Source: Octopus vulgaris
Taxonomy: Eukaryota
DNA length: 64,000 nt
NCBI GenBank assembly: GCA_951406725.2
Contig: OX597817.1
Location: 24,800,001 to 24,864,000 of the forward strand
Direction of reading: 5' to 3'
Both the position numbers and the translations under genes were made by a program. The notes under the pieces are model-generated. The model was not told the origin of the DNA and did not search any database. It saw only the letters and a program-made list of their open reading frames with translations. Below, in pieces: positions 39,156-51,040 of this stretch; within the stretch, counting starts at the first letter, position 1, and each line of letters starts with the position of its first letter.

Positions 39156-39385
39156 GTCAGTCACCGGCTGACACTTGCTGACGATACATCGAAGAGGCCA
39201 GGGAACAGAAGAAAGAAGACATGCACCCAACACCTGAAGACACCTCCAAAAGAAGGAGCCCTGCCATGTCAAAACGGTAGAGGAGTAGGAGCCGAAACCG
39301 GACGTGGTTCCTCCTGATGATGTCTTGAGCTAACTGGATCCTATAAAGGAGCTGTTGTGGTAGCAGACCATGAAACACGATTGTA
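39156..39385 (+). mobile_element. 3' fragment of the HERO-like element seen at 53400-53966
   Basis: Reverse-complement match to ~53420-53620. Confidence 0.7.
39264..39326 (+). ncRNA. Candidate non-circularly permuted hammerhead ribozyme
   Basis: CCAUGUC aaaa CGGU-A|GAGGAG uag GAGCC GAAA CCG GACGUGG UUCCUC CUGAUGA u GUCUU. Confidence 0.55.
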
Positions 39386-39946
39386 ATTCCTATTGCAGGA
39401 ATCCATTGAGCACAATTTCTTTCTCCTTTTAATAATATGTGTTCAAGACTGTGTAAAAGTGAACACTGCTCTTCATCCTTCCCTTTTCTGATCTTGCTGA
39501 AGCCATATAAAAGATGTAATAGATGGTAAGTAATAAGAGTGATGGTGGAGATTTAAATGCATTACCATCAGTGTATGATGATGGTATGTACAAGAAGAGC
39601 AAAAGATGAGCAAAAGAAAGAGAAAAAAGGAGTGGCTGATAAATTATTAACATACATGCACCGTTAATGCAACATTTTCAAAAATGAAATATTACAAACA
39701 TTTTGGCATGCTAATAATTCTGTCAGCTTGTTGCCTAAATAACGCTAATGCTAATAATCCTTTCTATTATTGGTACAAAGCCTGAAAGTTTCGGGGGAAA
39801 GGTTTAGTAGTAATTAGTTTATCAACCCTAAAGGGATGAAAGAACAAAGACAACTTTGGCAGAATTTATACTTAGAACATAACAATGGATAAAATGCCAC
39901 TTACCATTTTGCTTGGCATGCTAATGAGTCTACCAGTTCACTGCCT

Positions 39947-39993
<47 letters not shown>

Positions 39994-40435
39994 TGCCCTA
40001 ATGCAGTACCAGGCAGAGGCTCTCATGGCTTCTGATCTTAACTGATTGGCAGTGTTATCATGTACGTTGTTTTGTCTTGGTATAAAAGATGGGCTACAAC
40101 GAATATTCTGCTCAATACCACAGATTTGCTTGTCAGTTGTTTGACTTTAACCAGTTGAGCATGTCCCTTAATGGCTGACAATATGTGCATTTCTGATCAC
40201 GAGCAGAAGTAGTGGGGGAGCATCATAGCCATGTGTTGAGAGGGATTCTTTGGAGTTTGAATAATTCACTTTTGGAAACATGGGTGTCTGATTCAACATC
40301 CTTAAACAACCCTTATTCAGGGATCTTTTGGGTGGGATGGGTTACTTAACCAGAAGAAAATTCTAACTGGGCCCCACCTGCAAGGTCACGTGCTGTTTAT
40401 CTTGATACGAGATCATCGTGTCGCGCACATATATT
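39947..40435 (-). mobile_element. Retroposon family F with (ATT)n tail
   Basis: Matches 990-1497; long (TAA)n at 39947-39992. Confidence 0.75.
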
Positions 40436-40627
40436 GTAATATTCGAGCATCTCCTCCATTGACTAGGATAGATGAAAGGTTTCAATCGGTAACGCATTTT
40501 TAACATTTGAATAAATTTACATGCGTCGGAAGATGGCTGCTTCAATGGAAGTAGCAAGGGAAGGTTGTCACTGTGTTTGTAGCGTTAATGCGAACAAATA
40601 TGACCCTAAATTATCGATGTAACTTAC

Positions 40628-41070
40628 AGACAGGGTTTAGAACTTAGACACTCATTTTTATCGCTTTGTACAACATACGCACATTGCACGCTTTGTTTAC
40701 AACTAAAAAATAGGGCAATCCTTCGGTTCTACTGGCCACGTGTATTTGTTTATATATGATCGTCGATTTCCGTCAAAACTTTTATTTTTTTACATTTATT
40801 ATTTTACATATGGGGTTGGGGGGAAATGGGATCTTTGGGGTTAGGGTCGTAACCCTAACCCCAAAGATTCCATTTCTACCCCCCCCCCCAACCCCATATG
40901 TAAAAAAATAAAAGTTTTTTATGGAAATCGACGATCATATAAAAACAAATACAAGTGGTCAGTTGACGTAAAATATACTAGAACCGTAAGATTGCCAAGA
41001 GAGAAATACACTTGTCTGTTATGACGAAACATCAAGCAAACACATTGGCTTACGTCATAAACTGTGAACT
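40628..41070 (-). promoter_or_regulatory. Putative first exon/promoter of a minus-strand host gene
   Basis: Minus-strand donor CT|GTAAGT at 40628/40627; YY1-like AAGATGGC near 40529; CCAAT and CRE-like TTACGTCA near 41045-41058; coincides with the apparent CpG transition. Confidence 0.35.
40714..40996. mobile_element. Foldback MITE
   Basis: Whole element is an imperfect palindrome, GGCAATC...GATTGCC, with TTAGGG/CCCTAA at the centre. Confidence 0.75.
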
Positions 41071-42300
41071 GGTCAAGCAGTGACAGAAAATTTTGTAAAC
41101 CAATGTATCGTTAACAGATTAATGGAAATTCAGAACTACAAAATGTTAGGATTGCAAACCATCAAACATTTTGCAGGGATTTCCAATATTAACTATCGTT
41201 TCAAGGCCTGAGTTTCGAGCCGGCTAAATCGTGAGTATGTTGGACAACATGCATAGCGGCATTTCTTCCGATTTTACGTTCTGAAATGAAATTTTGTTGG
41301 GGTAGACTTTGCCTTTCCTCCTTTCAGGGTCGATAAAAAACGGGCTCGATGTCCTTGATAACCCTACCCACTAAAATTTGCTGGCCTTGTAAACCAATCA
41401 CATTGCTTTGTCACGTAGTACATAGTCAAATGGCGACGAAGGGAGCGGCCTGCTCCGGGTGAAACTTCTAAGCCAGTATAAATCTGATAGCCCGGGTGAT
41501 GGGGATCAAACTTGTAATGGTGAATGTAATGTTATATGCTGGAGTCGGCAGCTACCAATTGTAACGGGTGTTGATGTTTCAGATGTGCAAGATGAAGGAA
41601 GAACAGTGATCGAAGTGGTAAACAAATATTTATTTCCCGTTACATATTGTTATAGTCAAATCACGACGGGTTGTTATGTATAATTCGTAAAGCATGCCAG
41701 GTAAAGAGAGATCTTGTAGATTTTCCTTGTGTAGGTGTGTTTGTGTTCTCGTCATTGTGTACTAATAAACCACTGATAGAGATAGGGTAATGTTGTAGAG
41801 AAAAGAAAGTGAGAGTGGTGGGACGAAACAACTGCTTCGTTTGGGAGTTACTATAGTTGCGTCACTATATCTTTTCCTTCAGAGATGGCATTTCATTTAG
41901 CTGGTTAACCAGACTCGGTTCTCACTAACTGATTTTGGCTTACAGAGTTCTTGTATTTATTACTATACAAAACTAGCTAGAAAAATAGGTATATTGCAGA
42001 GAACAAATAGATTTTGTAGGGGGTCGACTGTTATCTCAATTCTAACTCTCTACTGCATACAAGAGGTTAGAAGGGTCAAGTGGCAAAGACATAAATCGGT
42101 TTGGCAAAGCGATATGCTAAATGTAACCGTTGCAACCACCGTTTTTCTGTGGGAAAAGTACTGTTGAAATGTCAAAGAAAATTGGCAGATTTGGGTTCGA
42201 ATCTACTCTATGCCTAAATGAAGTCACTATAAACTAAATAGCTTCTCTGGGAGGTACACTAGTTATGCCATTATATATAATATTATTTATTCAACAATAT

Positions 42301-42515
42301 TAAGGTGGCGAGCTGGCAAAAACGCTAGCATGCCAGGCGAAATGCTTAGTGGGTATTTCGTCTGTTTTTATGCTCTGAGTTCAAAGGCATAGGTTGACTC
42401 TGCCTTTCATCCTTTTGGGGTCGATAAATTAAGTACCAGTTGCATACTAGGATCGATCTAATCGACTGGCCACTATCCAAACATTTCGGGCCTTGTGCCT
42501 AGAGTAGAAAAGAAT
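42301..42515 (+). mobile_element. SINE family B variant
   Basis: Family head and core. Confidence 0.8.
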
Positions 42516-43039
42516 ATGTGTTTACACTTTTAAGAAAATTACAAAACAAAATAAGCAGTTATAAAAATTTTATTGCCTCAGTGAAAATAAGTACGAAAAA
42601 ATTTTGAGTAAATATCAACAAGATATCTGAAGCTGATAATGTTAAGTAAACACCTATTTTGTTAAAATTTTGATGAACTGTGGAGATTTTCATATCCTGT
42701 AAGGATAAGAATCTCAAATTTATTCGTTTCAGAGCAGTATTATCAAATCTTATGTGAAAGATATATTTGCTGTTATAGACAGCAAAAAGACCATTCACTA
42801 GTTTTAACTGTTTTTGTGAGTGGTTCACACGTTGCATGTTGAATTGCAGTTTTCCCTTATGAATCATTGGATTTCATAAGATTTTGCGCAAATTTCCTTC
42901 TTTGAAAAATGTTGTGAAAGGCGAAGAAAATCATTTCAAGCTGTACGTATGTCTTTTGAAGGTTATAACTCAATTCACAATGATTAAATTATCTAATGAA
43001 GGTGATATTTTCGATTCTAGTAAATGCAAGTGTTTTACA

Positions 43040-44346
43040 TATAGAGAATACCAAACGAGTTCCCTATGGATACCGTAATTATTACAACGAGTGGCTTGTA
43101 AACGTATCTAACGAGCGAAAGCGAGTTAGATACGTTTACAAGCCACGAGTTGTAATAAATACGGTATCCATAGGGAATGAGTTTGGTATTTTATTTATTA
43201 CACACGAATAAACGACCATATTTTATTAACCCAATAACTAAATTCTTCACATCGTGTTGTAGCGCGCATGAATACAGCTTGATTTCACGTTAGTGACGTC
43301 ACAATGTGTAACTGTAAAAGATGTCATGCCGCAGGAAGATAGTCCGACTTTATAGCGCTAAGTTTTCAGGTGAAATGACTGATAACTGATGACTGTTTAA
43401 CAGTGACGTCGAGTAGTGTTTTGACTTCAGATATCTTTCAATACTGGATAACATTCCCTCAAAGATGAAGGTTCATAGTTGCTACCGTCCGGCTTTCGTA
43501 ACGAGATAAAGAAAGTACACAGAATGTCACTAAGTTCACTTTTATCGATAGATTCAATTCGACGCGTGTCGCCATTTGTCGCCATGAAAGCAAACAATCG
43601 TTTAACATCATTGTTTGTTTTCCGAAGAGTGTTTTTATTTTGATTACCTTGAAACGAATTTGTCTATTCCAGAATGATCATACCTCGGTTGAAATCCAAG
43701 TTCATTATTGCTCTCATCAAAGAAATCGTCACGTAGAAGTTCGTTGTACACCTCATCAGGGATGTTAGATCTAGGGTTCGATGACAATCCACTCGTCGAT
43801 GTCACTGTTTCAGGTACCTTTGTTAACCTGTATCCAGCAACATGTCGAACTTGGCCAGTATTGATCTTCACTTTGAACATTCTGTATGTTCCAAGAGGTT
43901 GAACAACGGATAACACTCTTCCCCCATCTTTACCATTAATCTTAACAAAATCATTCACCTTGATATCGACAACAGTAGCCATCTTGTTGATAGATCTACC
44001 TGCACTGCAAGAGTATCGACGAGCAGACGAAATATGTTGTGATTTTTTTGGCAACAAAAAATTGAATTACCACCAGAAATGTTTATATTTTATGTGTATA
44101 TGACTTTAAGTGATATCTGGTATAAAAAAGATAGTATGTTTGTTTAATTACATGGCTACATTCTACCTGCTCGTAAAAGTAATGAATGAAGTTTAGTTGT
44201 AACTTATGAATGACAAAAGTAGTGCCGTCACCGTGACCTCGGGTCATCACCATGGATTGACCATTCAGAAGCAGCGCTCGCAGTATCTGACATATGTTAG
44301 ATACCAAAAATATCTCAGTGTTCTCACTCACATGTGTGTAATAAAT
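43040..44346 (-). mobile_element. Internally deleted Crypton-like (tyrosine recombinase) DNA transposon
   Basis: 144-bp hairpin at 43047-43190; 13-bp inverted repeat ATTTATTACACAC at 43193-43205 and 44334-44346; recombinase-related ORF. Confidence 0.75.
43350..43982 (-). pseudogene. Crypton recombinase N-terminal half (QRICH1/KCTD1/ZMYM-related core-binding region), one frameshift near 43652
   Basis: After the frameshift: QGNQNKNTLRKTNNDVKRLFAFMATNGDTRRIESIDKSELSDILCTFFISLRKPDGSNYEPSSLRGMLSSIERYLKSKHY. Confidence 0.8.
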
Positions 44347-44742
44347 TCTTTTATTTGCTCCATTCATTTGACTGTGGCCATACTGGAGCACTACCTCAAG
44401 GGGTTTTAGTCGAACAAATCGACCCCAGGACTTATTCTTTGTAAGCCTAGTACTCATTCTATTGAATCATTTTGCCGAACCGCTATCTTACGGGGGGCAT
44501 AACACACCAACATCGGTTGTCAGGCGATGGTGGGGAAGGGGACAAGCACAGACACAAACACACGAGTATATACATACATACATACATATATATATATATA
44601 CACGACGGGCTTCTTTCAGTTTCCATCTACCAAATCCCCTCACAAGGCTTTGGTCGGCCCGAGCTTATAGTAGAAGACACTTGCCGAAGGTGTCACGCAG
44701 TGGGAATGAACCCAGAAACATGTGGTTGAGAAGCAAGCTTCT
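44346..44742 (-). mobile_element. SINE family A
   Basis: Family match. Confidence 0.85.
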
Positions 44743-45135
44743 ATTATTCATTTAATTGGCCACAATGGCCTTACACAGAAAGGAAGCTGCGGGTTGGACA
44801 CGCACATAATGATATGAATGACAAATGAAATGGTGAAAAATGAGGGCAACAATAACGCCCACCGATTGCTGTATACCCGAGCACATTGTTCTTTTATAAA
44901 ACATTTTGAGGCAAAATTAAGGAGGCAATAGATCTCTTACACAGCCACGCCTGCGACTATGTTTATGATTTTATGCATAAAGTTTGATGTAAAGTCTTAA
45001 AGTACTAACGAATAGTAATTCCGTAGGGAATACATCAGTTATTGTTTCTCAGAGAGAGTAAAAACTGTTTCTTATACTAAACTGAAACTATATATAGGCA
45101 TGACTGAATGCGAAGTTAAGGCATATTATAAACAA

Positions 45136-45523
45136 AGGCGTAGGAGTGGCTGTATGGTAAGTAGCTTGCTTACCAACCACATGGTTCCGGGTTCAGTCCC
45201 ACTGCGTAGCACCTTGGGCAAGTGTCTTCTACTATAGCCTCGGGCCAACCAAAGCCTTGTGAGTGGATTTGGTAGACGGAAACTGAAAGAAGCCGTCGTA
45301 TATATGTATATATATATATATGCATGTGTATGTTTGTGTGTCTGTGTTTGTCCCCTTAGCATTGCTTGACAACCGATGCTGGTGTGTTTATGTCCCCGTT
45401 ACTTAGCGGTTCGGCAAAACAGACCGATAGAATAAGTCCTGGGGTCGAGTTGCTCGATTAAAAGGCGGTGCTCCAGCATGGCCGCGGTCAGATGACTGAA
45501 ACAAGTAAAAGAGTAAAGAGTAA
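45136..45523 (+). mobile_element. SINE family A (tRNA-derived, CORE-like), well preserved copy
   Basis: GTGGCTGTATGGTAAG A box, GGGTTCAGTCCC B box, CCTTGGGCAAGTGTCTT, tail (AAAGAGT)n. Confidence 0.9.
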
Positions 45524-46349
45524 AGGTGCTGTCACATTCAGACATATCAAGACGGAAAAGGCACGAAGTATGAATTCATATTTTGCACTTTAGCAAATAA
45601 TTCAGCATTGAGTAGAAATTATTGGAATGGCGCAGAACTTATATAAACTAAATGAAGAGTCGCGTGCACAGCCTTATGTTTTGAAATATAAGAACTTCCA
45701 ACAACTAGTTAAACACGAGGTCATGCTTATCCTTTCAAATGCACATTTGAACAAACATTTACTACTATAGCAGAAACTACCTCCTCGTCTTCTAAACCAG
45801 CAACAATTTAAACCACATTAATTAATACAGAATACAACAGACGACTGAATCTAGAATAGTTTCAATCAGACTCCTAGTTCAACTCACCCACCTTTTCATG
45901 CATTTCTGAGTTACCCTTGTTTTTTCCCTTTTCTAATCTCTTTCTCCTGTTCTTTTTAAATACTGAACAACCAATCAAGCCTACTAAAATCCTTCTATTT
46001 TCCCTTTACACCTCTATTTCGGTTGATGTGTAATCTGATGTGGGTGTACGCATATACGTGTGACTGCATATCTATATACATGGAGATCGGTGTGTGTGTA
46101 CAGGTATGTGATGTTGCTTATAGACGCTTTATATTTATGTATACTCACTGTAAATGCATGTGTATACACTTACGGAGACCTGTATACATGCATGTCACAT
46201 GGAAATCTACAGATAGCTCCAGGTCAGGCAATGAGAGATTATTTTGCCCAGTTATGTAAAGATAATTTTTACTACTTTTGGTCATAAATAAACTGGAGAG
46301 ATGTTCTACGTCTGTATACATGAGTAAAAGTCTCTGTCAGTCTCTCTTT

Positions 46350-46408
<59 letters not shown>

Positions 46409-46411
<3 letters not shown>

Positions 46412-46535
46412 AGCCGAAATTGCGAAGATGATCCGGTTCTTGACTGAAGATTGAAGGCTTCGAATGTCCCATCCGTGTTTTTTGTGTCGTCTTCTAATGT
46501 TTCACGTTCTTGTTCCATTTGTATTTTTTTACTTT

Positions 46536-46540
<5 letters not shown>
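46409..46540 (+). mobile_element. Truncated copy of the 24380-24790 repeat inside (TA)n
   Basis: Matches ~24679-24790; long TA arrays on both sides. Confidence 0.75.
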
Positions 46541-46605
<65 letters not shown>

Positions 46606-47511
46606 ATGCTTGTCTGCAGTTATTGGCTTCCTGATGATAATGATTACTGTATCACACCAATGTGATACAAGTGTAAAAATGTGTTGAAACAATTGTAGTG
46701 ATTTTTAAATAGGGAATACCGTTCATTCCATTTTGTTGTCCTTTATCTATCTATCTATCTATTTATCTATACACGTATGTATGTATGAATGTATACATGT
46801 ATGCACGAATGCACGCTTTCCTTTGAGATTTATTTGATTATTTCCTTTACAGAATTCAATCCCATTGCTAATAAAGTGACAAGGTTCTTTTGAGAAGCCA
46901 ATGGGATTCGTTAATAGGTTGGTATGAGCATATGTGTGAGTGTGGATAAATCTGTACTTTTGTAGCGGAGGTGCATGTCTCTTTAGTATACAAGTTTCAT
47001 TGCTGTTAACGTGTATGTATCCAATGCTGGAGAAACCCTAGAATGTTTTACAGACTTTGCACTGTACACCTAATCGATTTTATTTGAAGCATGTTTTTCT
47101 TCATTTTAAAGAATCCCCGCAAAACCAGTCCAGTGTATGTGTGATAGTAAATGCAAATGAAATTTTACTGCTTGGATATAAAGAGTTGGAAAATTCTCAT
47201 TAGTTCTCCATAGATGTTCTCTTTCTCCGAAACTTTTACCGAGATATTTGAATCAGCTAGGCAACTGATCTTTACTAGGCATGTATGATTTTTGCTCCCT
47301 GGCTTGTTGTGATTATCCAAAATCATAAGTTCAATTCAGCACCAGCGAAACTGTGTTGATTCCTCTATCCTTTCATAGTCGTTCGGGGTTGTTGAAGAAA
47401 TAAAAAAGCGAATAGGATGTTGTGATTTACTTAGGCTAATTGTATCATAACTAATTATAAGGAGACTATTACAATCCTTTACGGCATGATTAGATGGGCA
47501 TTTAGATATTT

Positions 47512-47711
47512 TATTCTTTTATTTGTTTCAGTCATTTGACTGCGGCCATGCTGCAGCATCTCCTTAAAGGGTTTTGTAGTCGAAGAAATCGACTCCAGGA
47601 CTTATCCTAACGGTGTCTTTTGCTGAACCGCTAAGTTACAGGGACGTAAACACACCAACATCAGTTGTCAAGCGATGGTGGGGTGACAAACACAGGCACA
47701 AAAACACACAC

Positions 47712-47760
<49 letters not shown>

Positions 47761-47917
47761 GACGGGATTCTTTCAATTTCCGTCTACCAAATCCACTCAC
47801 AACGCTTTGGCCGGCCTGAGGCTATAGTAGAAGACACTTTTTCAAGGTGCTACGCAGTGAGACAGAACCCGGAACCATGTGTTTGGGAAGCAAGCTTCTT
47901 ACCACACAAACTCGCCT
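47512..47917 (-). mobile_element. SINE family A
   Basis: Family match. Confidence 0.85.
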
Positions 47918-48424
47918 GATTAGCTTTCCTATCTTTCCCATACAAAACCAAGATACCGTTTAAAATTTTCAATGAATTTGTTGTTGAATGTATTGACTGC
48001 TATTTCTAGCGTCAAAAGTCACCAATTGTTGCTCAAAGATGTACCTCAATGTTGCTGAAATGAGATGTTGGTTCGTTTGCTGTAATCTGTGTATAATGGA
48101 CTACATTTCGCCAAGTAAACACTTACTCGTAAATATGATTTATTACGCCTCACTAGTCATAAAAGTATGTTCATGCATTTACAATATACATATAAAATCA
48201 GCAAGTTGAAAATAGTGTAATACAACATACAAGGACTGTCTGTCCAAAGTTTACCACTGAGCTGGCTTTAACATAATGAAATATGTACACACGCGCAGTG
48301 TCATCATGTCTGCCACACCAATTGCAGCGGTAAACAGATATTAGAGAGACTAGAGTGTGTGCAATTCGAAACTCGATCCAAGACACTCTGAAACCTGGCA
48401 TCTTTTATGACTATTTATAGGCTA

Positions 48425-49452
48425 CTAGCATAAATACCCGGTGTTGCTCAGGATTTAAAATGACAGTTTGTATATACATTACAGTTATGTTGAAACATGT
48501 TATACGGAAAAGTGCGGCATTGACAAAACATTTGTGGAGTAAATAATGGGCTAATCCAACTAAGCAATATGTCTTGCGTCCGTTTGGAGTATTCCAGGCC
48601 CTAATATGTCATGGAAAATTGCGGGTAGGGGATATGTGCGTGCCTTTGCTAATCTTGAGAAAGTCTCATCTCGCTTCTCTCTTCAGACTTCATCTGATGT
48701 GCTGCAGTATGTCTTTGCTGATCTCTGGAAAGTCTCATCTCGCTTCTGTCTTGCGACTCCATTTGACGTGGTGCAGTATACATTTGCTGATGTTGGGAAA
48801 GGCTCATCTCGCTTGTGTCTTGCAATCGCCGATGTCACGATTTGACGTGTAGCTTAAAAATTTACTCTTTTTTTAAGCTACATGTCAATTTTTGGGCAGA
48901 TGTGGCAAAACGCACTGGGTGAACAAAAATAAAAAATAACTAAATCATTTTTCAGGGAGAACGTACAAAAACCGTAACAACACAAATTTTTACGCACGAT
49001 TAATTGAAATACACGGAAGCCAATTTGTAGACTGAAGTTAGTGTATGAATGGGTTAAAGAGAGAGAGAAAGAGAGAGTGAGAGAAACAGGCATAGACTAA
49101 AAAAGAGGAATTATTACAGAGGGTGAGAAAGAATATGTGTAAGCAAGAAAAAGAGAGAATGAGGAAAAGAGAGAGAAAAGAGAACTAAGCAGAGAGAGAG
49201 AGAGAGAAAAGGAAGGGAATCGGTTGAAAACTAGTGCAATTTTTAGAGACAAACCCGTGTGAAATACCGTTTCTCCTGGCTTCGTGCTTTACGCTGGAGC
49301 TCTGGGCAAAATGTTATAATGCATGACCATCATTGGCACATAAGTAATGTGTGTGTAAAGTTTGGTGAAAATCAATTGAAAACAGTAGGAATGCATACGT
49401 ACTACCCTCACAGACACATACACACACATATCCTTTGTTTTATATCTATAGA
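48425..49452 (-). mobile_element. Helitron deletion derivative with 23-codon repeats
   Basis: CTAG and TC termini between A/T; 69-bp repeats at 48661, 48730 and 48799 encode ESQDRSEMRLSRDQQRHTAAHQM-type peptides. Confidence 0.7.
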
Positions 49453-50223
49453 TGCTTGTAGAAGCTTCGAGAACGATCTAAGAAGTTATCACATGAACAC
49501 CAGCCACCGATTGGACAGTAATTTGGTTGCACACATGATCAAGCCGTTGTTAAGGCACGACTTGATATTCGTATTGTGGCAACACGAGTTTGAATCCATG
49601 CTACACCCCTATAAGGACTATAACATTAAATCTGTAATATATTTCCCATAGTTAATTCAATAACAGTTAATTTCGACCCCACTTCCGACAACATGTAAAA
49701 CACATGTTTATCATGCATGCAAACCCCATTTCAGTCAATCAATGCTTTTAGTGCACGTGATAGTCTGGTGACTATCATTAGAATTTTCTGTGAGCAGAAA
49801 ATTTCAAATACAGCATGAAAAAGCATAGTGAATTCGGACGTTGGTGAATTTCCTCTCACTAATAGCTGTTTTCACACCTGCATACTCAACCTAAGGTGAG
49901 TAACCCTAATAGCTATTCTTACACCTCGATACTCAACCCGGTGCGATAAAAATTAAGACTGACACCATGGCAACATGAATATACATCGATGTGAAAAACT
50001 AGGCTGTAGCGGAATATTCAGCAATCACCCGATGTCACGATTAACTAGAATGTTGCTCACGTGATAAGCGAATCTGATTTATTGCGACTTCGTTTGGAAA
50101 GAATATTACCCGCGTGAACAACAAAATCTGGCCAATCACAATTTCCTGTAGAATAGGTTTCAGACTATTTTAACTTTTGGCGCCTTCCTTCTGAGCCTCT
50201 CAGTCGGTATTTTTAAAATTTTT

Positions 50224-50516
50224 TGGAAGCACTCCGTCGGTTACGACGATGAGGGTTCCGGTTGATCCGAATCAACGGAACAGCCTGCTCGTGAAATTAA
50301 CGTGTAAGTGGCTGAGCACTCCACAGACACGTGTACCCTTAACGTAGTTCTCGGGGATATTCAGGGTGACACAGAGAGTGACAAAGCCGGCCCTTTGAAA
50401 TACAGGTACAACAGAAACAGGAAGTAAGAGTGAGAGAAAGTTGTGGTGAAAGAGTCCCAGCAGAGATCACCACCACCATCCCCTGCCGGAGCCTCGTGGA
50501 GCTTTTAGGTGTTTTC
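50224..50516 (-). mobile_element. SINE family D, head missing
   Basis: Family match. Confidence 0.85.
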
Positions 50517-50834
50517 AAAATTATACAGCGAACCAGACGAATAAATAGTTGGCTTTTCAACTGAGTCGAAATTGGTTACTTGTACTTCGACAGGAATAAA
50601 AATAATGTGACAGTTTCCTGAAGAACAAACTCTCCCCTCTGAATTAAAAATGAAAAAAAAAAATCATGCTTTTTATTGACAAAAAAAGAGATTCAGGTGA
50701 ACATTTTTAATTTGCCGTATTTTAATTTTTTTTGGTCTATTGCGCAACGTGATTGGATACGAGCTCCGTATCCCCCGTAGAACTAGACCAATCTAAATGC
50801 CAGACTCAACCAAGTATTTTAACGTCCCCGCAGA

Positions 50835-51040
50835 AAGGCCAGTCAGGCAGTACTGGCAACGACCATTCTGAAATGGTGTTTTTTACGTGCTACCTGCACA
50901 GGAGCCAGTCCAGCGGCACTGGCAACGACCTCACTCGAATGTTTTTTCACGTGCCACCAGCACAAGTGCCAGTAAGGCGATGCTGGTAACGATCACACTC
51001 AAATGGGGCTTTTTTATGTGCCACCGGCATGGAAGCCAGA
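50835..51040 (-). repeat. Family C 5' tandem subrepeats
   Basis: Three diverged GGCAACGAC...TTTTTACGTGCCACC units. Confidence 0.6.

Noticed and set aside
41409-42270. Solo LTR or PBS (TGGCGACGA near 41430)
   Set aside because: No second LTR, TSD or gag/pol sequence found
42559-42867. 102-aa ORF as a transposase fragment
   Set aside because: No recognisable motif
46830-47330. Minus-strand Penelope RT remnant (SLYPS, LYTKET)
   Set aside because: Motifs are too short and fragmented to support without a profile search
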